Assembly: GCF_020745735.1 (NCBI RefSeq)
Contig: NW_026867467.1
Span: 910,200-974,199 of the forward strand
DNA length: 64,000 nucleotides
Direction of reading: 5' to 3'
Source of the DNA: Hemiscyllium ocellatum
Taxonomy: Eukaryota
A program made the position numbers and the translations under genes. Below the pieces are notes generated by a model, which was given only the letters and a program-made list of their open reading frames with translations, had not been told where the DNA came from and did no database searches. Positions 49,290 through 60,918 of this stretch are shown here, in pieces (position 1 is the first letter of the stretch; each line of letters begins with the position of its first letter).

Positions 49290-50470
49290 TCTCTTTTTAG
49301 GACATTAGCTTTGACAATGTGGAGACTGTATGGGTGGAGCTGTGAAATACCAAGGGACAAAAAACATTAGTGGGTGTCATAGACAGACCCCTAGACTGCA
49401 GTGGTCGTATCGGAATAGTATTAAACAGGAAATTAGCCAAGCATGTGATATGGAGACATCTGTGACCATGGGTGATTTTAATCTGCATCTAGATTGGACA
49501 AATCAAATTAGCCACAATGTCTTAGAGGAAAAATTCTTGGAGTACATACAGGATGGTTTTCTTAACCAATATGTGGATGAACCAACTAGAGAGCAGGCCA
49601 TCTTAGACTGGGTACTGTGTAATGAGAAGGGAATCATTGCCAATCTAGCTGCGTGAGACTCCTTGGGGATGAGTGACCATGACATGATACAACTTTTTTT
49701 ATCAAGATGGAGAGTGAGCCAGCTGATTTGGAGATGAGGGTGCTGAATTTTAATAAAGGAAACTATGAAGATATATAAGGCATGAGTTGGCGTTGATAGA
49801 TCAGTGAAAGTTGCTTAAAGGAGTGACAGTAGATAGGCATTGGCAAATATTCAAGGAAATCATGGGGGAACTGCAACAGCTATTTATTCCTGTCTGGTAC
49901 AAAAGCAAAATGGGTGACAGGGCCAATCCGTGGCTTATAAAGGAAATTAGATAGCATCCAATTGAAGGAAATGGGCCAAAAAAATAACAGGTCTGATATT
50001 TGAGAGCAGTTTCGAATTCAGCAAAGAAGGACCAAGGGATTGATTAAGATGGGGAAAACACAGTACAAAAGAAAGTAAGCTTGCAGGGAACATGAAGACT
50101 GATGCTACAAGGTTCTACAGTACATGAAGAGAAAGAGATTGATGAAGACAAATGTTAGGTCCCTATAGATGGAAATTGGGGAAATGTACAACAAAGGACA
50201 ACGAACAGCTGAGCAATTGTATACATCCTTTAGTTCTGTCTTCACAAAAACCGACAGGTATACAGGAGGTGGGTGAGGCTGCAGTTGGAACATGTGTTCT
50301 GTTTTGGTCACCTTGCTCAGGGAAGGATGTTATTAAACTGGAAAGAGTGCAGAAGAAATTTATAAGGATGTTGCTCGCACTCAGTGTTATAAGGAGAGGC
50401 TGAACAAGCTTTTTCTTTTCTTGGCAGTCTAGGAGACTGAGAGGGGATCTTATAGAACTGTACAAAATTA
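49290..50470 (+). mobile_element. CR1 ORF2 endonuclease fragment joined to a 3' fragment
   Basis: MGDFNLH.DW...FLEYIQDGFLNQYVDEPTREQAILDWVLCNE. Confidence 0.85.
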
Positions 50471-50550
50471 TGAGAGGCAGACACTCAGTCTTTTTTGTCT
50501 TGAAGAAGTTTTCCTCCTCTGTCTTTCCAATCTGCAGGCTCCCTGCCTCT

Positions 50551-50672
50551 ATTCCTGATGAAGGGTTTTTGCCCGACACGTCGATTTTCCTGCTCCTCGG
50601 ATGCTGCCTGACCTGCTGTGCTTTTCCAGCACCACTCTCATCTAGACTCTGGTTTCCAGCATCTGCAGTCCT
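50551..50672 (+). mobile_element. PLE pseudo-LTR fragment with hammerhead motif (GAAA>GACA)
   Basis: ATTC-CTGATGA-A-GGGT-TTTT-GCCC-GACAC-GTC-GATT; tail variant shared with 52035-52146. Confidence 0.8.
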
Positions 50673-50683
50673 TTTAACGAGTT

Positions 50684-50980
50684 GGTTTATATCAGACAGG
50701 CAGAGATTGGCGTCAGTGACTGTGGGGCTGGTTTATATCAGACAGGCAGAGATTGGCGTCAGTGACTGTGGGGCTGGTTTATATCAGACGCGGGAGATTG
50801 GTGTTAGTGACTGTGGGGCTGGTTTATATCAGACTGGAGGAAACTGTTGTCACTGTCTGTGGGACAGGGTGAAATCAGACATGGGGAGACTTGTGTCTGT
50901 GGGGTGGTTTATATTCGACAGGGGGTGATTGGTGTCAGTGAGCGAGGGGCTGGTTTATATCTGACAGGAGGAGTTTGGTG
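50684..50980. repeat. 45-46-bp minisatellite (GGTTTATATCAGACAGGCAGAGATTGGCGTCAGTGACTGTGGGGCT), about 6-7 units decaying rightwards
   Basis: Units start at 50684, 50730, 50776, 50821; first two identical. Confidence 0.9.
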
Positions 50981-52034
50981 AGGATGTTATAAAGCCAGAA
51001 AAGGATCACTTCATGTTTTAATTCTCTTTCAAGGCATACTGGGCACTCAAGGGTTAAACACTCCACTGTGAACAGACTCACTCCAGGATCAATTACAGAA
51101 TAGACAGAACATCTCAGTAGGATAACTGAATCTTCGAGAAGGAATCCATTGCAGCCACACATGTGGATTCCTCTGCAGCCTCAAGCAACGGTATTTGTCC
51201 TCCCCAGCCAAGACTGATAGCCTTGGCCGCAACCCTGTTCAACTGCCTCCTGCTCCTATTATCTTGCTTCTCTTCGTATTAGCATTGGGATGTGAATTCC
51301 CCATTGAAAACAGGCAAAACCCTTCAGTTTTAATCTCTTCCCATTGACACATGATCATGAAGAATACGATAATCAGTTGTTATCGCAGGACATCAACATT
51401 CACCGGACCTTGTAAAATTATAATTGCCCATCTTAAACAATGTAACGACAGTCAACCATGTGGATTATAGACCTTTTGTATCACCACAAGTAGATACACA
51501 ACTACTTTCAGGGACATGGAGAATCTCACGCTGCACTCCGATAATAAAGCATCTGCTGTTGTACTCAAACTTGTGTCGTCTGGATTTGTGGAACAAAATA
51601 TAGATTAACAGCCTCACAATTCTATGTTTGATTTTTCATTTTCAATCAGGAAGTGTCTGCTTCACCTTCCCATATCTAACAAACCATCAGATTTCATCTC
51701 TGCAGCCTCAGATCCTCTCTGTAACCACAAATAAACACTGAGTGCCGAAGATATTTAGCAGGTGCAGAAGCATCTGCAGAGAGCGAGAACAGAGTTCAAA
51801 CCCAGGTCTGACAGTGTGTCAGAATAAAGCTCAATCTTGTGGTACTGCCACATTGACAATTGTTAGGGCCAACACCTCAGTCAAAGTCTCTTCATTGTCC
51901 TGTTTTTTATCGAATGGCAGTGGTCTACAGTGCAGAACGAGTCCCTTCAGCCCATTGATTCTGTGCCAGTCAAAAACAACCATCAAACTATGGTAACTTC
52001 ATTTCTCAGCCCTCGGCCCATCACCTTGTATCAG

Positions 52035-52146
52035 GTAAAAACAATGACTGCAGATGCTGGAAACCAGAGTCTAGATTAGAGTGGTGCTGGAAAAGCCCAG
52101 CAAGTCAGGCAGCATCCAAGGAGCAGGAAAATTGACGTTTCGGGCA
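52035..52146 (-). mobile_element. PLE pseudo-LTR fragment, truncated inside hammerhead stem II
   Basis: Reverse complement of 50570-50672. Confidence 0.8.
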
Positions 52147-52334
52147 AACAGTACAGACTACAGATTCAAAAACACCAGCAACGGTTCTCCTTCAAGACCC
52201 ATCACCTTGTATGTCTTGGCATTGCAAGTGCACATCTGAATACTTCTTCAATGATTTGAGAGCTTCTGTCTGTAATGCCCTTCCGGCAGTGAATTCAGTT
52301 TCTCACCACCCTCTGGGTGAAAGCCTTTTTCCTT

Positions 52335-53120
52335 CATTACACAGACCATGAGTATAGGAGTTAGGACATCATGTTGAGGTTGTACAGGCCTCTTTTAGAA
52401 TACTGTGTCCAATTCTGGTCTCCCTGTTATAGGAGGGGTATTGTTAAACTGTTCAGAAAATATTTACAAGGATGTTGCCAGCACTGGAGGGTTTGAGTTC
52501 GATGGAAAGGAGCTTGAAGGTTGAGGGGTGACCTTACAGAGGTGTATAATATAATAAGGAGCATATATAAGGTGAATGTCAGATGTCTTTTCCCTCGGGT
52601 GATAGACTTCAGGGTTTGTATATGAAGAGGAAGTGATTAGCGAGATATGGAACAAGTACAGGTAAATGGGACTAGGGTAAATTAGGATATCTGGTCAGCA
52701 TGGATAAGTTGGGCCGAAGGATCCGTTTCTGTGCTGAAAGTCTCTATTACTCAATGACATGGTTGAGATGGATAAAATAATGAGGGGTGTTCATAAGGGA
52801 GACAGTGAGGAAATTTTCCCCTTGGACTAGGGAGCTTATTCCCCCCTAGACTTCAGCACTAGGGGACATACTTTTAAAGTGAGAGGAGAAAGATTTAAAA
52901 GGGAAATGAGGGTCAGCTTTTTCTACACAGAGAGTGGTTCGTGAGGAATTAATGGATGCGGGTACAGTTCCAATGTTTAAAAGGTATTTGGACAAACAGG
53001 AAAGTATTGAAGGGATATGGGCCAGGAGCAGGTGGTGGGACTAGTTTTGTTTGGGATTATGGGTAGCATGGACTTTGGGGGGAACCAAAAGGTCTGTTTC
53101 CATGCTGTATGACTTTATCA
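52335..53120 (+). mobile_element. Two tandem CR1-type 3' fragments
   Basis: LEYCVQFWSP motif and two CR1 3' UTRs. Confidence 0.75.
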
Positions 53121-53279
53121 CTGACATTCCCCTTAAGTCTCCTGCCCCTTACCTTAAATATCTGCACTGCCTTCCAGTCTTCACAACATTTGTCTTAATT
53201 GGTTCCTCCATCAAGGGGAATATTTCCTTACTGTCTACCCAATCAACACCGCTCATTATTTTGTACATCTCAGTGATGC

Positions 53280-54030
53280 CATAGAGTCAAACAGATGTAC
53301 AACACAGAAACAGATCCTTCAACCCAACTCGTCCATGCCAACCTGATATCCAAAATTAACCTCGAGCCATTTACCAGCACTTGGCCCTCTAATCCCTTCC
53401 AGTTCAAATTAACAATCACCCAACACCAGGTTATAATCCAACAGGTTTATTTGGAACCACTAGCTTTCCGAACACTGCTCCTTCATCAGGTGGTTGTGGA
53501 GTTTTCTTCTACCCCTCCCGATGTCTTTTATATGTTACTAGCCTTGTACTGGCCTGCACTTCCTCTTGCATACATGCACTGCCTGTTGCATGAAAACGTT
53601 GCCCCTTAGGACCCTTGTAAGTCTTTCCCCTCTCACCCTAAACCTATGCCCTCTAGTTCTGGACTCCCCCACCCCAGGGAAAAGACCTTGTCTATTTACC
53701 CTATCCATGCATCCATGACTTTATAAACCTCTAGAAGGTCACTCCTCAACCTTCGACACTCCAGGGAAACCAGTTCCAGCCTATTCAGCCTTTCCTGTAG
53801 TTCAAACCCTCCAACCCTGGCAACATCCTTGTAAATCTTTTCTGAACCCTTTCAAATTTCACAACATCCTTTCTATAGGAATCAGAGCAGAATTGCACAC
53901 AATACTCCAAAGGTGGCCTAACCAATGTTCTCATACCGCCACAACATGACCTCCAAACTTCTTTACTCAATGCTCTGACTAATAAGGGAAAGTATATCAA
54001 ATGCCTTCTTCACTATCCTATCTACCTGTG
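53280..54030 (-). mobile_element. CR1-type 3' fragment interrupted by a hammerhead family 2 insert (about 53410-53500)
   Basis: ORF 53785-54000 (TLVRPPLEYCVQF..DSYRKDVVKFERVQKRFTRMLPGLEGL.YR). Confidence 0.85.
53455..53495 (-). ncRNA. Minimal type-I hammerhead ribozyme motif (family 2), intact core
   Basis: AACCAC-CTGATGA-A-GGAGC-AGT-GTTCG-GAAAG-CTA^GTGGTT: 6-bp stem I, weakened stem II, palindromic AGCU stem III. Confidence 0.72.
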
Positions 54031-54544
54031 ACTCCCCTCTCAATCTCTCTGGTCTCAGGAAAACGAACCAATCTTTCCAGTCGCTCTTCATAACTGAAAC
54101 TCTCCAGCTCAGACAATATCTTTCCAAGTCTTGAGTGCTAACACATCCCTCCTTAAATGGGGATTCCAGAAATGCAGACAACAAGCTAGCTGTCCCCTAG
54201 CCAATGTTTTCGATAGTTCTAACAGAACTTCCCAGCTCAAACTCGGTGCTCAACAAGGAAAGGCGAGTTTATCACCTGAGCTGGTGTTTAAGTGACTGGG
54301 GGACATGCACAACAAGGTCCCTCTGATCTTCAGTGCTTCCCAGGGCCCTATAATGCATCACGTATTCCCTTACCATGATTGCCCTCCTATGATCTAAGCC
54401 CATCTTCCTCACTGTTTGCCATCACACTGGTTTTCATATCATCCGTGAACTCACTGATCAATCCTCCAACTTTCAAGTGAAAGTTATTTCAATAAACCTA
54501 GAAACTGCGAGGTCCCAATACTGGCCTCTGCAAGATCCCACTGG

Positions 54545-56978
54545 GAGAAAGTGAGGACTGCAGGTGCTGGAGATCAGAGCTGAAAATCTGTTGCTGGAAA
54601 AGCGCAGTAGGTCAGGCAGTATCCAAGGAGCAGGAGAGTCGACGTTTCGGGCATGAGCCCTTCTTCAGGAATGAGGAAAGTGTGTCCATCAGGCTAAGAT
54701 AAAAGATAGGGAGGAGGGACTTGGGGGAGGTGCGTTGGAAATGCGATAGATGGAAGGAGGTCAAGGTGAGGGTGTTAGGCCAGAGTGGGGTGGGGCGGAG
54801 AGGTCAGGAAGAAGATTGCAGATTAGGAGGCGGTGCTGAGTTCAAGGGATTTGACTGAGACAAGGTGGGGGGAGGGAAATGAGGAAACTGGAGAAATCTA
54901 AGTTCATCCCTTGTGGTTGGAGTGTTCCTAGGAGGAAGATTAGGCGCTCTTCCTCCAGCCGTCATGTTGCTATGGTCTGGCGACAGAGGAGTCCAAGGAC
55001 CTGCATGTCCTTGGTGGAGTGGGAGGGGGAGTTGAAGCGTTGAGCCCACGGGGTGGTTGGGTTGTTTGGTCCGGGTGTTCCAGAGGTGTTCTCTGAAACG
55101 TTCCGCAAGTAGGCAGCCTGTCTTCCTAATATAGAGGAGGCCCCATCAGGTGCAGTGGATGCAGTAAATGATGTGTGTGGAGGTGCAGGTGAATTTGTGG
55201 TGGATATGGAAGGCTCCCTTGGGCCTTGGAAGGAAGTAAGGGGGGAGGCAATTTTGCATCTCTTGCAGTTGCAGGGGAAGGTGCCGGGAGTGGAGGTTGG
55301 GTTGGTGGGGGGGTGTGGACCTGACGAGGGAGTCACGGAGGGAATGGTCTTTTTAGAATGCTGATAGGGGAGGGGGAGGGAAATATATCTCTGGTGGTGG
55401 GGTCTGTTTGGAGGTGGTGGAAATGACGACGGATGATACGATGTATATGGAGGTTAGTGGGGTGGTAGGTGAGGACCAGTGGGGTTCTGTCCTGGTGGCG
55501 ATTGGAGGGGCGGGGCTCAAGGGCAGAGGAGCGGGAAGTGGAGGAGATGGGGTGGAGGTCATATTCGATCACGTCTGGGGAGATATTGCAGTCTTTGAAG
55601 AAGGAGGCCATCTGGGCTGTACGGTATTGGAACTGGTCCTCCTGGGAACAGATGCGGCGGAGACGAAGGAATTGGGAATATGGGATGGCGTTTTTACAGG
55701 GGGCAGGGTGGGAGGAGGCGTAGTCTAGGTAGTTGTGGGAGTCGGTTGGTTTATAGTAAATGTCCGCATTGATTCGGTTGCCTGAGATAGAAAGGGAAAG
55801 GTCTAGGAAGGGGAGGGAGGTGTCTGAGATGGTCCAGGTAAATTTGAGGTCGGTTGGTAAAGTGGATGAACTGTTCAACCTGCCTCCACGAGGCAGCGCC
55901 GATACAGTAATCAATGTAGCGGAGGAAAAGGTGGGGGGTGGTGCCAGTGTAGTTGCGGAAGATGGACTGTTCCACATATCCTACGAAGAGGCAGGCTTGG
56001 CTGGGGCCCATTCGGGTGCCCATGGCAACTCCTTTGGTTTGGAGGAAGTGGGAGTGTTGGAAAGAGAAGTTGTTCAGGGTGAGGACCAGTTCAGTCAGTC
56101 GAAGGAGGGTGTCAGTGGAAGGGTACTGGTTGGTACGGCGGGAAAGGAAGAAGCGGAGGGCTTTGAGGCCTTCATGATGGAAGATGGAGGTGTACAGGGA
56201 CTGGATGTCCATGGTGAAGATAAGGCGTTGGGGACCGGGGAAGCGAAAATCATAGAGGAGGTGGAGGGCGTGGGTGGTGTCCCAAACGTAGGTGCGGAGT
56301 TCTTGGACTAAGGGGACAGGACCATGTCGAGGTATGCAGAGATGAGTTCTCTGGGGCAGGAGCAGGCTGAGACAATGGGTCGGCCGGGGCAGTCAGGTTT
56401 GTGGATTTTGGGCAGGAGGTAGAAACGGGCGGTGCGGGGGTTGTGGGACTCTGAGTTTGGAGACGGTGGATGGGAGATCCCCTGAGGTGATGAGGTTATG
56501 GATGGTCTGGGAGATGATGGTTTGGTGGTTGGAGATGGGGTCATGGTCAAGGGGGCAGTAGGAGGAGGTGTCCGCGAGCTGGTGTTTACCTCAGCGGTGT
56601 AAAGGTCGGTGCGCCAAACTACTACCGCGCCTCCCTTGTCTGCCGGTTTGATGGTGAGGTTGGGGTTGGAGTGGAGGGAGTGGAGGGCTGCACGTTCTGA
56701 GGGTGAGAGGTTGGAGTGGGTGAGAGGGATGGAGAGGTTGAGGTGGTTAATGTCGCGGCGGCAGTTGGCTATGAAGTGATGAGGGCAGGTAAGAGGCCAG
56801 CACAGGGTGTCCAGGTGGATGGGGTGTGTTTGGAGGCGGGAGAAGGGGTCGTCAGAGGGTGGGCGAGAATCCTGGTTGAAGAAGTAGGCACGGAGGCGAA
56901 GCGGCGGAAGAATTGTTCGATGTCTCCGCGTGTTGAACTCGTTAATCCGAGAGCGTAGGGGAATGAAGGTGAGGCCTT
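54545..56978 (-). mobile_element. Penelope-like element, 5'-truncated (RT, GIY-YIG endonuclease, pseudo-LTR), frameshifted
   Basis: GLTFIP, KPADKG, RFYLLPKIHK..PGRPIVS, MDIQSLYTSI, FLQTKGVAMGT, RYIDY (catalytic YIDD mutated), LPFLDL, GIY-YIG remnants; ends CTCACTTTCTCC. Confidence 0.93.
54637..54672 (-). ncRNA. Hammerhead ribozyme motif (family 1) in the PLE pseudo-LTR, intact core
   Basis: ATTC-CTGAAGA-A-GGGC-TCAT-GCCC-GAAAC-GTC^GACT; stem I 3 of 4 pairs. Confidence 0.75.
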
Positions 56979-57335
56979 GTACAGCTTGGGGAAGGTAGAA
57001 AGGGACAGTGGTAGCGTCTTTACCTCTGAGCTAGGAGATTCAGTTTCAAGTCCCACCTGGTCTAGAGGAATACCGTACCATCACTGAACAGGTTGGTTGA
57101 GAAACTATCTCCAAGGTGTTTTCTCCTCTCCTGAAATCCTGAATAGACATTCCAACAACACCTCTGCACCTGAATGGCACTGTCTCTTCTCAATCTAATC
57201 TTTCTTCCTTCCATCCGAACCTCTTTTGGGAGATTTACAGCATTCACTTTACCCCAGGGAAGTGAGTTTTGCAGCTTTTAAAAACTTTTACGTTTGTGTC
57301 TTCGCTGAAACAGCAGCAGGAATTTATCTTCTTGG

Positions 57336-57337
<2 letters not shown>

Positions 57338-57381
<44 letters not shown>
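57338..57381. repeat. (AC)22 microsatellite
   Basis: Read directly from sequence. Confidence 0.95.
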
Positions 57382-57384
<3 letters not shown>

Positions 57385-57926
57385 CTGAACCCTGATCTCG
57401 GATGATGACCTCTGCAGGGAGACAGACATCAACTGTAAATAACCTCTTGGATCTTCCTGTACATCGACAGCATTGGTCTGTTTGGGTGCCTGCTTTTCTA
57501 AACCGTGTCTAAGCAACAAATGATGATAGATTCATAACAGTTTTCCTCCAATCCATGTTTAAGGCATGTGTTTGTGTTATTTTTCACTGAGTGTTGATAT
57601 AATCTTCTAAAATGGGGAGTGGCCTCCATCTCAGATGACCACACCAGCGTGCCTTGGGGACCCTGAGGAAATGATTAGGGAAGTGTATCTGTACCATTCC
57701 ACCTTCTGCACCCTGTACTGCCAGATAGTGCTCCCTCAGTATCTCAGAAAGCACCTCCTCTGTATGTTTATCCCCAAAGCACCTTGACAGAACATTCATG
57801 CCCTCAACACCTCAGAAAACAAACCTGTTACCCCCTTGGACCGTGTTCATCCCCAAACCTGTTCTCACTGTGGTGACCCACAGCCACCCCCAAGATTGGA
57901 GCCCTTATTTGGGTCTCGGATTGGTT

Positions 57927-58181
57927 ATAGAATGTGGAAGCAGGCCATTCGGCCTATCAGGTTCACACTGACCTCGGCAGAGCATCCCATCCCCCCCACT
58001 CTATCCCTGGATCCCTTCATTTCCTCTGGCTAATCCACCGCCTGCACATCCTTGGACAGTGGGAGGGAACTGAAGCACCCAGAGGCTGACACGGGGAGAA
58101 TGTGCAAACTCCACACAGACAGTCGCTCGAGGCTGGAATTGAACCTGGGTGGGGTGAGGCAACAGAGCTAACCACAGAGCC
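57927..58181 (-). mobile_element. V-SINE/HE1-type SINE, degraded
   Basis: GACACGGGGAGAATGTGCAAACTCCACACAGACAG V-domain (reverse complement) plus tail. Confidence 0.8.
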
Positions 58182-58610
58182 CCTGTGACAATCCCACTAT
58201 CTCCTCCCTGTTGATGACCGTTTGATGTGTATACCCGGGGAGTATCTAACTTGTCTAGCGTTTATTTAAGAAAGATTAGGGAAAAGGACAATGCCTCCAC
58301 AAGCTCAAGATGCTTGGTCCCCCTCTAAAAAATATTTGCATTAGTTTCAAACAGAGACTTTATTCACAAAAAAATGATGTACAAACGTGGTAACTAAAGT
58401 TAGGTTCTGTACAGTCTTTACAACAAGTCTTTATGATGACATAAATACTTCTCTTGGCTGATTAACTGAAATGTTAGATCTGAGCTGTTCCTTCTTAATT
58501 AACATCATAAAGTTACATTGATAAGGATTTTTGTGAAGTGCCGTAAATCTTTATCTGTTCCCCATGCACCCCGCCCTCCAAATACAATGCCTTACAAAGG
58601 CTTAAACCTG

Positions 58611-58781
58611 AGCAGAAAATGTGTTGCTGGAAAAGTGCAGCAGGTCAGGCAGCATCCAAGGAGCAGGAGAATTGACGGAAACATCGATTCTCCTGCTCCT
58701 TGGATGCTGCCTGACCTGCTGCGCTTTTCCAGCAACACATTTTCAGCTTGATCTCCAACATCTGCAGTCCTCATTTTCTCC
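58611..58781 (+). mobile_element. Fold-back PLE-derived mini-element, family 1, hammerhead core deleted
   Basis: Arms about 58615-58676 and 58684-58748; TSD AAAG(G/C)CTTAAACCTG at 58596-58610 and 58784-58798. Confidence 0.88.
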
Positions 58782-58879
58782 TAAAAGCCTTAAACCTGTT
58801 TGTCAACTTTCAACAGAAGCAACCTCAGGGCATGAACACAGACTGAGTTGCTCAGTCACACATGATTGATTGGGTCAGA

Positions 58880-59130
58880 TCAAATTCTCAAGCAAACACC
58901 CGCACAGATTGCTGGGGAAATTCAGCAGATCAGACAGCAACGGTGAAGAGAGAGAGGAACAATTCACATTTCAAGTGATCCTTCCTCAAAACGGTCTGTT
59001 CTGAAGGAACTTTTCCGCAGAAATCACTGGATTGAAAGGTGAACTCTCTCTCTCTTCCCTTCACAGATGCTGCCGGACATGCTTAGCTTCTTCAGCAATC
59101 TCTGCATTGATGGTTCAGGTTTCCAGCGCG
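58880..59130. mobile_element. Older degenerate fold-back of a third PLE-like pseudo-LTR family
   Basis: TTGCTGGGGAAATTCAGCAG..GAGAGAGAGG..TTCACATTTCAA versus TTGAAAGGTGAACTCTCTCTCT..CTTAGCTTCTTCAGCAA; related single arms near 19550, 23790, 46550, 51730. Confidence 0.5.
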
Positions 59131-59729
59131 TCTGTACAAGTTGATTTTAGTGTCGAATTCCCAAGCTTGCTCTATTATAGGGATTGGATTCCTCTGCTAC
59201 AAAGGGGGGTCTCAGGTACCTCAGCTAACTGGTTCGTGATGCCAACATTGTTGGCTCAATTTCTATCATGTCTGAAATTACCATCAAGGTCCCAACTTCT
59301 CCACCTCGCCCCTCCCCTGAGGTGTGTAACCCACCAGTCCTCTCTCTCTGACAAGAAAGCAGCTCTCGGGTCCTCCTGGTCTACAATAACTTCCCAACTT
59401 TAAAAAGGCACTCCAGTAAGAGAGCTCTTTACATGATTCAGATCAAAATCCTGGAGTTCACTCCCTAACATCAACGTGGGACACCAAGGGCTATAGCAGG
59501 AGAATACAGCTCACCCCCCACCCTCCAGGCAACTGGATGGGTGTGGTAATCTCATGCAAGTGAAATTTGCAAGTAACCTTTATTACAAGGTCACGGTGGA
59601 TGGTCACTAAGACTGTTTCTTTACCTCTGTTCAAATCAGCGAACGGAGAACCAAAGGATGGGGGTGAAAATGACAGTGATAGCATTTCGTAGGTTGGTGT
59701 TTGTTTGAGGTTGCATCATCTCTATGAAT

Positions 59730-59950
59730 GTTTGAACACTTATTCAAGGGCATGCAGTTAGCTGCCAGGGGATATGGTGGGGGCTGGTACAATTGCAACA
59801 TTTAAAAGGCATCAGGATGAGTATGTGAATAGGAAGGGTTTAGAGGGATATCAGCCAAGTGTTAGCAAATGGAACTAAATTAAGTTGGATATCTGGTTGG
59901 CATGAATAAGTTGGGCCGAAGGGCCTGTTTCCATGCTGTGCATCTCTCTG
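59730..59950 (+). mobile_element. CR1-type 3' end
   Basis: Same UTR as 5640-5840. Confidence 0.8.
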
Positions 59951-60068
59951 AATAGACTGTTGCAGAGTTTCAGACAGGGCTTGGATTGTGTGTCTCTCTC
60001 ATACTTTCTCAGAATCTGCAAACGCAATGTCTCCATATTTCCACAAAACATTAAGAAAGAGAAAAAAA

Positions 60069-60266
60069 AGGTCAGTACTGAGGGAGTGCCACACTGTTGG
60101 AGGGTCAGTGATACGTTAGTGTTGCACTGTCAGAGGATCTGTACTGAAGAAAAGCTGCACTGTCAGATTGTCAATACTGAAGGATTGCTGGACTGTCAGA
60201 GGGTCAGTAGGATGGAGTGCTGCACTGTCAGAGGGTCAGTACTGAGGGAGTGCTGCACTGTCAGGA
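60069..60266. repeat. About 33-bp satellite (GAGGGTCAGTACTGAGGGAGTGCTGCACTGTCA) running into the assembly gap
   Basis: About 6 imperfect units before the Ns. Confidence 0.88.
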
Positions 60267-60766
60267 NNNNNNNNNNNNNNNNNNNNNNNNNNNNNNNNNN
60301 NNNNNNNNNNNNNNNNNNNNNNNNNNNNNNNNNNNNNNNNNNNNNNNNNNNNNNNNNNNNNNNNNNNNNNNNNNNNNNNNNNNNNNNNNNNNNNNNNNNN
60401 NNNNNNNNNNNNNNNNNNNNNNNNNNNNNNNNNNNNNNNNNNNNNNNNNNNNNNNNNNNNNNNNNNNNNNNNNNNNNNNNNNNNNNNNNNNNNNNNNNNN
60501 NNNNNNNNNNNNNNNNNNNNNNNNNNNNNNNNNNNNNNNNNNNNNNNNNNNNNNNNNNNNNNNNNNNNNNNNNNNNNNNNNNNNNNNNNNNNNNNNNNNN
60601 NNNNNNNNNNNNNNNNNNNNNNNNNNNNNNNNNNNNNNNNNNNNNNNNNNNNNNNNNNNNNNNNNNNNNNNNNNNNNNNNNNNNNNNNNNNNNNNNNNNN
60701 NNNNNNNNNNNNNNNNNNNNNNNNNNNNNNNNNNNNNNNNNNNNNNNNNNNNNNNNNNNNNNNNNN
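60267..60766. other. Assembly gap (500 N)
   Basis: Run of Ns. Confidence 1.
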
Positions 60767-60918
60767 GTTTTATGGTCTTATTTGAAGACAATGGCCTCAC
60801 AGTCTTATCACGAGACTATTAATTCAGGAACCTGGGCAGCTGGGTTCGATGTCTACAAAGGCAGATGTGGAACTTAATTCAATAATAATCTGGAATTCTG
60901 ATGTCGAATAATGATGAT

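Noticed and set aside
50684-50980. CRISPR-like array
   Set aside because: Contiguous tandem units without unique spacers, in vertebrate DNA; a minisatellite
55408-56311. Plus-strand ORFs of 106 and 183 aa
   Set aside because: Antisense shadows of the GC-rich PLE ORF on the minus strand
59933-60877. Long ORFs of 314, 201 and 179 aa
   Set aside because: Artefacts of translating through the satellite and the 500-N gap
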